NCBI RefSeq assembly: GCF_006345805.1
Contig: NC_043011.1
Coordinates: 22,270,464-22,334,463 of the forward strand
DNA: 64,000 bases
Direction of reading: 5' to 3'
DNA from: Octopus sinensis
Lineage: Eukaryota
A model generated the notes under the pieces. It worked only from the letters and a program-made list of their open reading frames with translations. It ran no database searches and was not told the origin of the DNA. Both the position numbers and the translations under genes were made by a program. Positions 1-13,967 of this stretch are shown piece after piece (the stretch's first letter is position 1; the number at the start of each line of letters is the position of its first letter).

Positions 1-112
1 AAGGAACCACAAGTGGTCCAACCCAAAGTCTTGGTGGTCCACAGTGAGTTTTACGTCCAGCTGTATAGCATGATGCAATTAAAAGGAAATTTATATCTGG
101 TGGTCCATGATA

Positions 113-118
113 TTTATT
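113..118 (-). promoter_or_regulatory. Candidate AATAAA polyadenylation signal for HBS1L
   Basis: TTTATT on the plus strand, ~470 nt downstream of the stop. The AT-rich context makes this weak. Confidence 0.25.
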
Positions 119-586
119 TCATGAATTCTGTGAACCACCTTCGGAAAAAGCTTGTGCATCATTCAGTTAAAAAATAGCAGCTTCGGGAACATAAAGAAGA
201 AAGCAAATTCAATTTAATTTCTAAATTATTGTTTTTGATAGCCCTATCTGTGATAAAATTATGAAAGTGTAAGTTACCGCAGGAGACAGATAGCTTAAAA
301 AATAATAATAAAGAGGCAACAATGGGAGATGAGACTGCGTTCAGAGCTGAGCACCAAAACCAAAGTTAAGCTTCAGAATAAAAGTTTTCTGATTTAGAAT
401 TTAACAAAAAGTTATATTAAAGAAGTAATCAGTATGTTAGAAATAAATCCAACACATGCTTTGTTAAGTATACAGACTGTAAGAAAAGTACAATCTGTTG
501 TATTGCCCAGGTCATGTCCAGTAGCCAGAAAGATATCCTGTTTGGAATCCTGTAATAATCTCAAATCTGCATGTATCAAGGTTGTT

Positions 587-607
587 CTAAGTTTTCATAT
601 TGAGAAT
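587..607 (-). CDS. HBS1L: HBS1-like GTPase, last coding exon (ILNMKT*)
   Basis: A strong pyrimidine tract and CAG acceptor lie at 608-640 (minus). The phase-0 join after ...GLVEE reads ATT CTC AAT ATG AAA ACT TAG, with the stop at 587-589. Confidence 0.75.
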   Translation of the reverse strand: MLNMKT

Positions 608-2474
608 CTGTTAAAAAGAAGAAAGAAAAAACAGCATAAACAAAAAAATATATATTCAAAAAACAATAATATAAGGTAGTTAGTAGGGTAATGGAATTAA
701 TTAATGGGAATTGGTTCTAATTTACTTGACATAACTGTTTTAATAGAAGGATGGATAATGGTCTATATGGAGTTTGTAATGGATGAGATGTTAAATCTCC
801 CCTTTGGGTGCAGCCTCAATGTACTTAACAATTCCTAAGATATGGTAGTTATCTTCAACAGTTACATGAATTGAGGATCGTAGAATTAAATAAACAATTA
901 AACTCCTGCAGCTGATAATAACTCACAATTTTTTAACTAGTAGTCCAAGAACTTATTCACATAACTAACTTATCTCTTATTTTTGAGTCTTCAAAGTGCT
1001 AAGTTGAGCAGGTTTTCAGAAATATTGTGTTGTCTAAGAACCAGAGTGTTTCCCTCTCACCCAAAAAAGAAAACAAAATATAATTGGCTGCAGGTTGGCT
1101 ATAGGAATACATTGAATATCAAATAAACAGTGTGGAAGTATTTTGATTTAACTTACAATGACATTTATTTAGAAAGAAAAGTAACTTGGTTCAAGTAACA
1201 ATATACAGCATCTATAAATAGGATATGAACTTGTGTCTTATGAATAGGGCACCAATCCAAGTAGTAATCTTCAGCTCTGATATTTTCTTCACAATGAAAC
1301 TTTTACTTTATATTTTGGTCAAGGAAAATACTCAAATATTGCAGCCAATTCCTGGATCAGTTTCGTGTGAGAAAGAAATTTTCTTGGGCATGGTTTTGCT
1401 CAAGAAAGTGTGCACAAAATAAAACTGTTCTACTTTGTTGCATTGTTACGAGTAAGAGTTTAATGAATATGAAGCAGGTTGTTTTCTGGATTCTTAGTCA
1501 GGAATTGAAACCTTAGCCTGGATTTTTCTGTTAGCTCCTTTCTATTGTTCTTGGCTTTAGTGCTTAGAAATTTATGAGAGCCAACTGTCATACTTAGATA
1601 AATCTTATTGTTTAACTTAAAATCTTAGATTAAATTCTGTTCAACAGAGATAAGCCCATTCACTTTCTTTTGTTCTCTGACTTACATCTTGATTTCTAAC
1701 ATATATAAATATAGAACTCCTCTTCTTTCACTTGGCATCTTTGCCAAAGGTGTATCCTCTCTTTCATTCAGTACCTCTTCTGAGGGAGCATGTTCTCTGA
1801 AAATTTTAGGGCAGTTTGTTTTTGTTTTTAGTCACATCACATCATTCTCTTTCTAGCATGCCTATATCTTCTTAGCCTCTACAAATGACTCAAATACTAC
1901 CAAAAGTGTGCAAGCTGTGTCATTACTAGCATCCTCTATCACTTCAAAACAGCAAAATGTTACAGCTTTGGTGTACTGTTCCTAACAACAAACTCAAAAA
2001 AATAAAATCTGTAAGAAATAACTTTTTTTTCCTTCTGTTGATACAGTTGGTGGCTATCGCACTGTTCCGCAAAGTTTAAATAATCTGCTATCAGTAACAT
2101 ATATCTGTTACAAATATATAGCTGAAACCTGGAACTGTTGGACATTTTTTTAATAATGTACATCATAAATGTTACTATATGGCATTAATTGAAAACAGGT
2201 GTGTATTGAGAATATAAAGGCTAAACAGTGTGGGTGCTAATCAGGTGCAGTGTCATTTACAATATGGCTATATAATGAGAACTTAAGTTGTCACAGTCAC
2301 TAGTCAATTGCTTTGAAAAGTAACATAAATTTGTAGTTTCTACAAAAACATATTTAAATTAAATGAATTTTTAATTAGGCAATGTGAATCATAGAAAATA
2401 ATTGTACCTGCAACAGATCAGTAATATGAAATCTTGGGGTTTATACAGGAAATACCTTAAGAAAGTTAGTTTAC

Positions 2475-2619
2475 CTCTTCAACCAGACCAGCTGCAATAG
2501 TATGTCCACTATAGCGTATCATGAAACGCCCAAGTTCCTTGAATTCTTTATACAATTCAATACATAATGGACGTTCAAATTCTAGTTCTACTACAGCACT
2601 GCTGTTTTTACTAAGACAC
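2475..2619 (-). CDS. HBS1L: HBS1-like GTPase exon, domain III end ([48 protein letters not shown])
   Basis: 145 nt with CAG/GTAAAC boundaries and phase 2->0. It carries the LGRF..R...TIAAG motif of eEF1A-family domain III. Confidence 0.95.
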
Positions 2620-2989
2620 CTGTATGAATAGGCAATGGAAAATATAGATTTTTAGAAAAGAAAGAATAAAAGGAGAATGCAATTACATATAAAGTTGAGT
2701 TGAGAACACAACTTTTCCTTTGTTTAACCAAACAACAAAGTATTGTAATTTAGTGCCAAATCAGTTATGATCCAGTATCAAAAACATATCTTATCAAAAG
2801 CATTCCAGCCACGACCATCCCATTTTTTGTTCAGACATATTGGATCTTAGAATTGCGTTATGATGTCTGTTTCTTTTTTTTGAGATGACAGGGTGTGATT
2901 TGGGAGGGATTTAGTTGATATCTCTTGTGGGTTGATGACCATATGGAGATATCTGAGTTATAACAAGAAAGGTACTGATTTTTAAGTAT

Positions 2990-3387
2990 GGCGTAGGAGT
3001 GGCTGTGTGGTAAGTAGCTTGCTTACGAACCACATGGTCCCGGGTTCAGTTTCACTGCGTGGCACCTTGGGCAAGTGTCTTCTACTATAGCCTCGGGCCG
3101 ACCAAAGCCTTGTGAGTGGATTTGGTTGACGGAAACTGAAAGAAGCCCGTCGTATATATGTATATATATATATGTATGTGTGTGTGTATGTCTGTGTTTG
3201 TCCCTCCAACATCGCTTGACAACCGATGCTGGTGTGTTTACGTCCCTGTAACTTAGTGGTTCGGCATAAGAGACCGATAGAATAAATACTAGGCTTACAA
3301 AGAATAAGTCCTGGGGTCGATTTGCTCGACTAAAGGCGGTGCCCCAGCATGGCCACAGTCAAATGACAGAAACAAGTAAAAGAATAA
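2990..3387 (+). mobile_element. tRNA-type SINE family A, full length (~390 bp)
   Basis: A/B-box-like head (GGAGTGGCTGTGTGGTAAG...GGTTCAGT), internal (TA)n(TG)n, and tail CAGCATGGCCACAGTCAAATGAC.GAAACAAG. Near-identical copies occur at 3671, 14274, 56815, 57413, 63256 (+) and 50571, 56098 (-). Confidence 0.85.
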
Positions 3388-3475
3388 ATGGAGTTTTTAA
3401 GCATATTATTTGATGAAATGTACCTTCACACTATATTATCAAATAATGAGCTCCTTTCAGAAATTGACAAATTAA

Positions 3476-4284
3476 CCCTTTATCATTCAGATAATTCTGT
3501 CAAATATAATGCTTAGTTACATTGTTTTCAATCAATCGTGCATTATCTTGAAGCTTCAAGATTTCAGTGATGTGATTGTTTATTTTTAGCCCTTAAAGCA
3601 TTCAGATTACTCTGTTAAGCGAATTCATATTTATTCACAGTGTTTGTATTAATCATGCATTATCTTTATAGGCATAGGAGTGGCTGTGTGGTAAGTAGCT
3701 TGCTTACCAATCACATGGTTCCGGGTTCAGTCCCACTGCGTGGCATCTTGGGCAAGTGTCTTCTACTATAGCCTCGGGCCAACCAAAGCCTTGTGAGTGG
3801 ATTTGGTAGATGGGAACTGAAAGAAGCCCGTTGTATATATGTATATATATATATGTATGTGTGTCTGTGTTTGTCCCCCAACATCGCTTGACAACTGATG
3901 CTGGTGTGTTTACATCCCCGTAACTTAGCGGTTCAGCAAAAGAGGGTGATAGAATACGTACTAGGCTTACAAAGAATAAGTTCTGGGGTTGACTAAAGGT
4001 GATGCTCCAGCATGGCCACAATCAAATGACTTAAACAAGTAAAAGAGTATCTTGTAGCTCTGAGATTTTGATGATGCGATTGTATATTTTAAAACTGATA
4101 TTGTAGGGTAGGTGTAAGAGGCCAGATCTGGTCAGTTTAAACATAAAACAAATAAAATATTTGGGCCAGATATGGCTGGTTTAAATGTTAAAAGGTTAGA
4201 ATGACATTATAGACTAGGTGTGAGAGGCTGGATATGGCAGGTAGACAATTTGAGCCAGATATGGCCAGTTTAAATGCTAAAAGG
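3476..4284. mobile_element. Nested piggyBac-like MITEs (outer 3476-4284, inner 3590-4195) with SINE A 3671-4048 inside
   Basis: CCCTTT.GCATT-type terminal inverted repeats. The outer copy has TTAA flanks and the inner copy has TTAG/TTAG flanks. Same family as 17499-17716 and 36608-36828. Confidence 0.75.
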
Positions 4285-4584
4285 TTAAATATAAAAAAAT
4301 AAAAAGAATTCAAGAAAATTAGCACACTATTCAGCTTCTATATTTCTTATTTATCATTGCTACCCATTAAATGGAAACGAGAAAAGTGGTTTCATAATTG
4401 TTTAACAGCTCAGCTAAAGTTAGCTGTTTCAGATGTTGTAAAGTGACAGAGCCACTGATCCAATTTAGAGTTGAAAGTAAGCATGTTACTAAAGAAATTT
4501 TTTGACACATAAAAGAAAAATAACTCTGAACAATTAAATAAAAGCAATTAAAGAAATTGATTTGAAAAAAATTATCCAACTTAC

Positions 4585-4685
4585 TTAGGCCGGTTCTTGA
4601 TGATTTCTCCTGTACTTTTATGAATTTGACAAATTAATCGTTTCCAAAGAACAGGTTCTGTTGTTGACTGGTAATGGAATACACT
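4585..4685 (-). CDS. HBS1L: HBS1-like GTPase exon (SVFHYQSTTEPVLWKRLICQIHKSTGEIIKNRPK)
   Basis: 101 nt, CAG/GTAAGT, phase 0->2. HYQ...EP...KSTGE matches HBS1L domain III. Confidence 0.95.
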
Positions 4686-4899
4686 CTGAAACAGTAAAAT
4701 CAGTATGTTGAAGTTGTATATGAGATTTTAATAGCCACTATTGTTGAAGTAGTGCTTCAATGTAAAAGAAAATGATATTGGGGAAAAGGATTTTGGAATT
4801 ATAGAAGCACACTTGCCCTCGTTGATGCCAAAAAAGAAGAGGAATGAAAATCTTATAAGAAGAGGTTGCTAAATGAAAAGACTATGAGAGAGAGAGAGA

Positions 4900-6470
4900 G
4901 CCCTTAACCCAACAGAGGGACCAGCTATTGAAGTTGATGTCAGTAGTATTTACTAGGATCCTGAAAGTGTTCAGCTAGTTATTAAGATAGTATAGAGAAG
5001 TGTCATACTCAATGACTAACAGCGATATCAGCATGGACTGTTATGAAAGAAAAAGAATGCTTTAAAAAGAATCAATTATAGAGACATCAAATTGATTGAC
5101 CAAATTATGAATGTCACATAAAGAGTAGAACTAATTCTGAAGAGAATTAGTTTAGACAGAGTGTTATTTGAGTTTGTGCTATGACAAAGTCCCACTGATA
5201 CTCTCATTCTAGTGAAACAATTTCATGAGAAATTCTTATCAAAGCACAAGCTACTATACTTAGCATTTGTTGACAGAGTACCATGCTCTATCTGTAGTCT
5301 GGTACTTTCTAAGAAAACAAGGCAAAATTGAATGGTTTGTGAGAGTTGTGCAAGCCATATACAGAAACACAATCAGTAAGATGAGAGTTGACAAGTCCTG
5401 TGAGAAATTTAGTGTAGAAGGTTTAGTTCTTAGCCCCTCCTGTTTAATATAGTTCTTCTCAAGGTCATAACAGAGGACCTTGAAGCCAGCTGTCAAGGGG
5501 TACTCTGTATGTTGAGGACCTAGTTCTCATACCTGAATCTGCTGAATATCTAGAGAGGAAAATCCAAATGTAGAAGCAAAGCCTGAAATGGAAAGGTCAA
5601 AAAGTAAACCAAATACAAGCAAAAGTCTTGGTCAGCAAAGAAGGAGACAAGACTTTATTGCCTTTGAGAAGTGGTCAGGTTTGATAAGCATAAAAAGAGT
5701 GTAGAGGAATTTCATGGTGTATTCAATGTTAACCATCAGTGCATGAGATGTACAGTGGGATCACAGGCAGACTGACAGAGAAGGTTTTGTAAGCAGCAGA
5801 TGCACAGGAATAGCAGTTTAAACACCCATGAAATGTATATCTTCAAATGTCTAGAATGCTCCCAACAAATAGTTGATAGCTTCCCTTACCTAAATGGCCT
5901 AATCAGCAATGAAGGTGGGTGTTTTGTGAGTATAGTAGCCAGAATACAGATGGAGTGGGAAAGTTCAGGAAAGGTACTATTTCGGTTGGTAATAAAGAAT
6001 TCTCTCTCCAAATGAAAGGTGGATTGTACGATGTTGGTGTAAACAATGTGATGTTGCAGGATAGCAAAAACATAAGTTTTGAATGTAAAGGATGGAAAGA
6101 AATAAGGCAAGCAAGCTCTATTGGATATGTAATGTTAGTGTGAATGAAAGATGGAACACAGATAGGTTGAGAGAAAAATTGAGTATGGGGAAAATCAGAT
6201 GTAGTGTGCAAAAGAAAAGACCAAGCTTGTTAGAACATGATGAATATATGGAGGATTGCATTTGGGTGAAGGAATGCCAAATAATTTGAATGGAAAAGCT
6301 CTGTGGAAGAAGAAAACTGAGGAAGACATGGGAAGAAGTGGTGAAAACTGATCTTAAGAGGTTGAACCTCACAAATGGGGATGATAAAGGACTGTAAAAA
6401 GGGTCAAGACATGGGGCTAGAGAAGACCTATCGGTCTCATGCGAGGATGGTAAAGCAGATATTAAATGAT
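4900..6470 (+). mobile_element. Degenerate RTE-clade LINE (RT and 3' end)
   Basis: Interrupted peptides NYRDIKLIDQIM, TDTLILVKQFHEK..LYLAFVD, LYVEDLVLI (decayed YADD), VDSFPYL and RKTWEEVV, with many stops and frameshifts. Confidence 0.8.
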
Positions 6471-7577
6471 GAGGATGTTAGCTATGATGATAATATATAT
6501 CATTTCCATACGTTCTTAATAAATTGCTAACCTCAAATACTTCATGATTCACATTAAATGCAACAGTCTCACCCATTTATGAGTGCAGGCATGGCTGTGT
6601 GATTAAGAAGTTTGCTTCATAACTACTTGGTCCAGGGTTCAATTCAACTGTGTGGCATCTTGGGCAAGTATCTTCTACCATAGCCTTAAGTTGACCAAAA
6701 CCTTGTGATTGAAATTTGGTACATGGAAACTGTGTGAGAGATCTATAAAATAAGCACCAGAATTGGGGGCGAAATAATCAACTAAAAACCTTCAAAGCAT
6801 GGCCACTGCCTAAAGATGGAAACCAGCAAAAGAACAGAAAAAAATATTCTTTTACCAATGTGTGACACATTCCTACAGGCCATGGGTAATGTTTTTCCTG
6901 CTCAGGAATAAAAATAAGGTTCTACAGGGAAAGATAACACTAAGTGGATTAATGGAACATTAGAAGTAGCTGTTCTCTTCACAGTTTTTCCAGAGATTCT
7001 TTGGAAGAATTCCATTTTGGCCACTTGTGTTCATAATTGTACTCATTTGGTACAACATTCATGGCCAAAGATGAGGACAAGCAAGAAAACCGAATTAAAA
7101 ATAGCAGGTTAAATAATACGTCTAATAAGGAACTTTAAGATATAGAACTGCTATACTTCTCTCCTTCTTCTATTTTATCACTATTAAGAAAGATGTGGAA
7201 CTTGAAGAATACTATATTTGATTGCATGTAAGATGTAGAGAAGTAGTTATGTACCCTGTCAAGTAATATTATTCTGGAGATCCTTCAGAGAAACTCCATT
7301 TCAGCTGCATGTATTTGTGATTTTATTCTTTTGATCATTAGCCAACATTCATGACCACAGGGTCACTTTAATTTCATTGACTTATTAATTGGTGCTGAGC
7401 TGGTAAAAATTGCAGTGCAACAGATTGAATGAAGGACATCCAGCAATAGGAACCATGCCAAAGCTGACACTGAAGCCGGAAGTGGTGTGGCAGTTCAATG
7501 GATCCTATAAAAACCATCCAACCCATGTCAACATGCATAATGGCAATTAAATGCTGTTGTTGATGATGATATTGAGT

Positions 7578-7742
7578 GTCAGGTCAGGTCAGATGTGGGG
7601 GGGGGGGTATGCACCATTGGTGCTTTGCTGCATTCACCATTTCTTGGTATATTCCCAGGTCCTCCCGTGCGATCTGTCGAGCAGAGTCCCAGTCGGTCCC
7701 TATCTTTCTAAGATACCTCCTTATCTGCCTTGACCATGTGAC
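7578..7742 (-). mobile_element. LINE 3' fragment (RTE-like) with (CCTGA)n tail
   Basis: The minus strand reads TWSRQIRRYL...W..AR..ARED followed by a short tandem tail. Confidence 0.45.
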
Positions 7743-8635
7743 ATATAATCAAACTAACATGAACCATCAACACAGTTGGATTCTCAGCACCAGCTCAGAC
7801 TATTTGGTCATATTGAGTGTCTTGGGGAGGTCAATGAAATGAAATATAAAACATATACTGGGGTTGATTCAGTTGATTAAACCCTTCTCCTACAAGTCTG
7901 TAGATTTGTGGCATTGTGGAAAATCACTTTTGTTGAATTATAGAAATTAATAATGGAGTCCAGAGAATCACAGTTGGTAGTGCCAATCTATGCCGTAAAG
8001 GAAGTATTATTGGTATCCTACCACAAATATAGAATTGTAAATAATATTCAAGCAACAACAACATGCCTTTCTGATATAGGCACAAGCCTTGAAATTTGGG
8101 GATAGTTGAATACATCGACTGTCGTACTTCACTGGTACTTATTTACTGATCCCAAGAAGATGAAAGGCAAAGTCAACCTTGATAGTGTTTGAACTCAGAA
8201 TGTAAAGCTGGAGAAATGCAGTTAAGCATTTTCTCTGGTATAGTAATGATTGTGCCAGCTTGCAGTCTTAATAACAACAATCCTTTCTATTATAGACACA
8301 AGGCCTGCAATTTTTGGGGACGGGGTTAGTTGTTTACAATAATCCCAGTGCTCAACTGGCACTTATTTCACCAACCTTGAAAGAATATAAGACAAAGTTG
8401 AGCTTGGCAGAATTTGAACTCAGAATGTAAAGATGGATAAAATGCTACTAAGCATTTAGTCCAGTGTGCTAATGATTCTGGTGGCTAGCTGGAAGAACCA
8501 TTAAAGCAGTGGCAAAAATACCTGACACTATGTGTCCTAGCACTTTATATTCCGAGTTCAAATCCCACTAAGATTCTGCCAGTTCACTGCCTTAATAATA
8601 ATGATGATGATGATGATGATTATAAGAGTACTTAC

Positions 8636-8739
8636 AGGATAACCCCTAGTAATTGGCACTTCAATATTAAACACAACAACTTTGGCCCGGATTTTGGTCG
8701 CTGACTTCATAGGATTATTGGCATCACAGAGAAAGTTAC
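8636..8739 (-). CDS. HBS1L: HBS1-like GTPase exon (GNFLCDANNPMKSATKIRAKVVVFNIEVPITRGYP)
   Basis: 104 nt, CAG/GTAAGT, phase 1->0, with the FNIE.PIT.G motif. Confidence 0.95.
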
Positions 8740-10198
8740 CTGAGAAACAAATACTATATATTATTTTAAAATATACATTTTGAGATAAAAATTAATAATG
8801 TAAATATATGTGAAATTGTGTGTTGCAACAGATATTGTTATATTTGGGGGATACTTTTTTTTTTTTTTACTTACTTTTATTTGTTTCAGTCATTTGACTG
8901 CAGCCATTCTGGAGCACCACCTTTAGTAATTTTTTTTTTTTGCCAAATAACCACACATACTATATACTTGATCTTCACTTCAGCTTTATTATTGTTCATA
9001 TTTTAGTGTCCTCCATCTGAAATCTTTCGCCACACCTCCTGTGACCTCTTCAGCAACTCTCCATCTCATGTGTCTCCTCCTGCTCTGTTTAGTCCAATCT
9101 CAAAATGGTCATATTTGGACAAAAATATGACTATCCCCAAATATAACAATAATGTAAATATAATCATACATAAAACTCTAGAAGCAGGATGACTGGGTTT
9201 GCTTTGCAACCATGTGGGTTTTGGAGTCTGTTTAACTGAGTCACACTTTGAGCAAATATCTTCTACTTTGCTCTAATACTGACCAAATACCTCATGATTG
9301 ATATTTTTTTGATAGGCAAAAACTATACAGAAGCCTGCCATGTGTGTGTGTGTGTGCATGCTCATGTGTGGGTGTATAAGTGTGAACTTGCATGTATCTA
9401 TTTCTGCATGTCTTTATACTGTTTGGCTAAAGATGTTATTTTGATATGAGATGGATGGTTCATCATGGTTGAGTCAGGACATATTGGGAACCATTAGTTC
9501 ATAAATGTTATATTTCATTTTGGGGTTGGTTTCTATGGTTAGATACTCTTCCTATCACCATACACTTTACAGAAGATGCATTTTATCATATCACCAGAGA
9601 AGTTGTTGTGTTCTCAACAAGAAAAGCCAAATGGATTCTCTTGATCTATTCTAATTAGTATTTATTAATCTCATTATAAAAGAGAAGCTGATCTCTATCT
9701 GTCTGTTCATAACAACATCTGTGTAGAGAGAGGGAAAGGGAGGAGAAAAGCTGTTGAGTGAGAGAGAGAAAGAGTGTGTGTGTCAGAAAGACAGATAAAT
9801 AGGTAGTGTTGTCACCTTAGTAACTAGCAAGTTTTGATTAAAAACAGGAATTTTAAGTGCATGTCTGTCAACACAACACAACACTGACTTCAAAAAAAGA
9901 CCATATTTTAGGTTTTATCACCTTTTATTCGTGCATATGTTTATATTTTATACTATTGGGTTTTACCATTGAGTGCCCTATTATTTTAATATAATTCATA
10001 TTCAATTTTTGATAATTTGAGAATGATATAAAGTTGTTTTGACCGATTGGAATGTTTATTCATTACACCTTTCAATTTATTTCTCCTTTTGCCTCGGTGT
10101 GACCTGAGCAGTTCCAGCTGCAGTCCTATTTTTACTTTTGCTCTTCGGCTTAACAAAGTTATAAAATTATCCTGTTTTTTTATTTATATATATATATA

Positions 10199-10535
10199 GT
10201 GAAGGCGCATGGCTCAGTGGTTAGAGTGTTGGGCTTACAATTGTGAGGTTGTGAGTTTGAATCCTGGACCAGGCTGCATGTTGTGTTCTTGAGCAAGACA
10301 CTTTATTTCACGTTACTCCAGTTCACTCAGCTGTAGAAATGAGTTGTGATGTCACAGCTGCCAAGCTGTATTGGCCTTTACCTTTCCCTTGGATAACATT
10401 GGTGATGTGGAGAGGGGAGGCCGGTATGCATGGGCAACTGCTGGTCTTCCATAAACAACCTTGCCCGGACTTGTGCCTAGGAGGGTAACATTCTAGGTGC
10501 AATCCCATGGTCAGTCATGACCAAAGGGGGCCTCA
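10199..10535 (+). mobile_element. tRNA-type SINE family C
   Basis: Head GAAGGCGCATGGCTCAGTGGTTAGAG...TTCTTGAGCAAGACACTTTATTTC. Related copies occur at ~21943-22255, 42415-42660 and 61965-62280 (-). Confidence 0.7.
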
Positions 10536-11243
10536 GCAATATATATATATATACATACATCTACATATATATACACATATATACATACAAATATATACAC
10601 ATAAATACATACATACACACACATGCATGCACACACACACAATATATATATATATATATATATAGTTATCATCAAATGGTACCTACAACAGTATATTGGT
10701 TGAGGACAGTCTCCCTACTCCAATTGCCAGCTAGGGATTTAAGAAGAAAGAAGAAGAAATAAAGTAGTGGTCCATGGAGATGTTTTGGAGGAAGTATTAG
10801 AGCATCAGACAAGATATCTTGTGGCATCTGTTCTGGCTCTTTGCGTTCTGACAGCAACATATGATAATAAACTAGCACCAAGTTGTACTGGCTTTTGCCT
10901 TTGTTTTGGACATTAGTATTGCAGAAAGAGAAGACTTGCATGCATGAGGAACTTTCAAGAAGAACTTTCAAGGTGCAGTTCCATGGTCTCACAAGACGTC
11001 CCAAAACTCCAAAATAGAAATAATGGGTAGATACTAATTATTGCTCTCAGCTGATATATGCACTACATAATTACTGAATGTTTTGTTTGTTAGACTGAAC
11101 TGAATTAAAATAAGCATAGAAGTCCAAGCTATTGTAGAAATTCTTCCACAGGAGCTCTGTTTCAGCAAATTCTACCACTACGATACCATAAAGGGCTTGA
11201 TAGGAATGACTGAATACAAAGAGAACAATCAAATGATACTCAC

Positions 11244-11339
11244 CAACTGAAACATTATTCATATCAATACCAACTAGAGTAAGTATGATGTGGTCACCTG
11301 CAAAGGCACATTGCTTTGGTTCATCATTCAGAGTGATAC
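11244..11339 (-). CDS. HBS1L: HBS1-like GTPase exon, domain II (GITLNDEPKQCAFAGDHIILTLVGIDMNNVSV)
   Basis: 96 nt, TAG/GTGAGT, phase 1->1, with the AGDH motif. Confidence 0.95.
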
Positions 11340-12627
11340 CTAGAAAACAGAATTTAGAAAACCTCTCATTTATAAAAGATAACCATATTTTCCAGCATAC
11401 AAGTCAAATTTTTCAGATCAAAATTTACAGCCAAAAGATGTAGGTCGACTTATACACTAAGATGACTTTCGAGGACTAAAAATTCAATGTGAAATGCAGA
11501 ATTTGGTAAGATTGTAATAACACCATATGACAAAATTTATATACTGCTTTGTCTTTGGTCAGTAGGTGTTATTTCCTATTTGTGTCTATCTTGAAATCAA
11601 AGGAAAGTAATACTATTCCTTTCAAACTTTGCTTTTGTAACCTGGATATCAATGGTTTTAAACTGACCTATTTTCTATTACATTTCAGACAGATTCAGCA
11701 TTGAGTTGCAGAAGTAAAATATTATAGCAAATATTCTGCTCAATACCACAGATTTGTTGATCAGTTGCTTGACCGTAACCACTTGAGCATGTCCCTTAGT
11801 GACTGACAATATGTGCATCTCTGATTATGAGCAGGAATAGTTGGGGAGCATCATAGTCATGTGTTGAGAGGGATTCTTTGGAGCTTGTATAAATGTAACA
11901 AAAGCAAAGTTTGAAGGAAATATACATTTTTCATACTTTCTAGGAGTAAGCAAATAGGAAATAACAGTTGCTAGCCAAGGACAAAAACCATGTTATACAG
12001 TGTAATGTTTGAATGTTTACCATACATGTTTACACTATATAGCATGTCAACTTGATCACTGGAAAAAATTATTATTAACCAAAGATTAAAATGTTGTATA
12101 TTGAATATACAAGTATGCTTGCATGACATTACATCATTTTTAAGTCCTGTGCAATCATTAGGGAAGTTATCAAATGTGTTTGTTATTAATCATGTCAATA
12201 ACGAATCAAAACAAAATGCAAGAGATAAGAAACTTCATTTGGTGATTTAGAAAGGTCTGTTTTATAGACAATTTCTTCATCTTGGATATGTTGTTTATAC
12301 AATATTTTATTCAGTATTCTCTCAATCATTATTCATGAGCTATGCTTGGAGTATTATCTAAATACAAATGAAGAGAATATCAATCAAGCACTATGTCAAC
12401 AACACATCAAAGATGAAGTAATATCCTTACAAACAGACTTCATTATAAACTCAGTTAACTCAATTCAGAAAAAGAAAGAATCAAATTATGGTTAAGAAGC
12501 TTGCTTTGCAACTACATGGTTTCAGGTTCATTCCCACTGCATAGCACCTTGGACAAGTGTCCTCTACTATAGCCCTGGTCTAATCAATGCCTTGTGAATG
12601 AATTTGGGAGACAGAAACTGTGTAGAA

Positions 12628-12860
12628 AGGCAGCGAGCTGGCAGAAACGTTAGCACGCCGAGCGAAATGCTTAGCAGTATTTCGTCTGCCGTTATGTTCT
12701 GAGTTCAAATTCTGCTGAGGTCGACTTTGCCTTTCATCCTTTTGGGGTCGATAAATTAAGTACCAGTTATGCACTGGGGTCAATGTAATCGACTTAATCC
12801 CTTTGTTTGTCCTTGTTTGTCCCCTCTATGTTTAGCCCCTTGTGAGCAATAAAGAAATAA
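12628..12860 (+). mobile_element. SINE family B (MetaSINE-like central domain) inserted into a family A SINE (~12490-13070)
   Basis: GGCAGCGAGCTGGCAGAAACGTTAGC...GCCTTTCATCCTTTTGGGGTCGATAAATTAAGTACCAG. AGAAACTGT.TAGAA is duplicated on both flanks. Other copies are at 19738-19969 (+) and 53625-53860 (-). Confidence 0.75.
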
Positions 12861-13307
12861 GAAACTGTATAGAAGCCTGCTGTGTGCACGTGTGCATGTT
12901 CACCCACCACTACTTGACAATTGGTATTGGTTTATCTATGTCCCTGTAACTTAGTGGTTTAGCAAAACAACTGATAAAATAAGTACTGGGATCGATTTGT
13001 TTGACTAAACCCTTTGAAGTGGCACTCCAGCATGGCCACAATCCAATGACTGAAACAAAGAAAACATAAAAGATACATAGAAACTGAGAGTTTGAGTTTT
13101 ATGCACTGTTGATAGTTTTGATGGTTGCCAATCACTTTGACTTCAAAGTGTTGACTTAAAATTATGAATTGCATTAAAAATAGTAGACTTATGGACACTA
13201 AAAAAATTGATTTATACTTTTATAGTTCTAAAATTTATTAATTACTGCGGTAAAGATTGAGTAAACTATGTCTTTTGTGTTATTATATACACTTTAATAT
13301 ATACATA

Positions 13308-13339
<32 letters not shown>

Positions 13340-13340
13340 G

Positions 13341-13371
<31 letters not shown>

Positions 13372-13513
13372 AGTGTGTATATGTTTGTGTGTCTGTGTTT
13401 GTCCCCCCCCAACATCGCTTGACAACCGAGGCTGATGTGTTTATGTCCTGGGGTCGATTTGCTCGACTAAAGGCGATGCTCCAGCATGGCCACAGTCAAA
13501 CAAATAAAAGAGT

Positions 13514-13560
<47 letters not shown>

Positions 13561-13676
13561 CATAATCACAATTGTCCAATGAATCCTAATGTAAAACACT
13601 CAGAAGATTTTTTTGAGGGGCTTTAATAAATACCAAATTCAAATGCTATTTTTTCTACTTGTCTTGCAGTTATGTG

Positions 13677-13709
<33 letters not shown>

Positions 13710-13967
13710 CATACATACATACACACATATACATACTATATATAATACTATATATTATATTCTATGATGACTGCTAGATGCTATGTTTTTATTTATAAAC
13801 ATTTTCTTTGGAATGAATGAGTTCACAAACTTCCTTACCCACTAACTTCTTGACATGCTGTTTCCAACAACTCAAAACTAAGTTGTTGAGACACACATCT
13901 GATGTCTTCATCAAAAACATCATTCCTTCAAAACCAACACTGAGAGTTCAGATAGAGAAATGCTTAC

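Noticed and set aside
2466-2474. HBS1L ending by read-through into the intron (VN*)
   Set aside because: This is possible, but the GT donor plus the strong acceptor at 608 gives a more plausible short terminal exon. RNA data are needed to exclude it.
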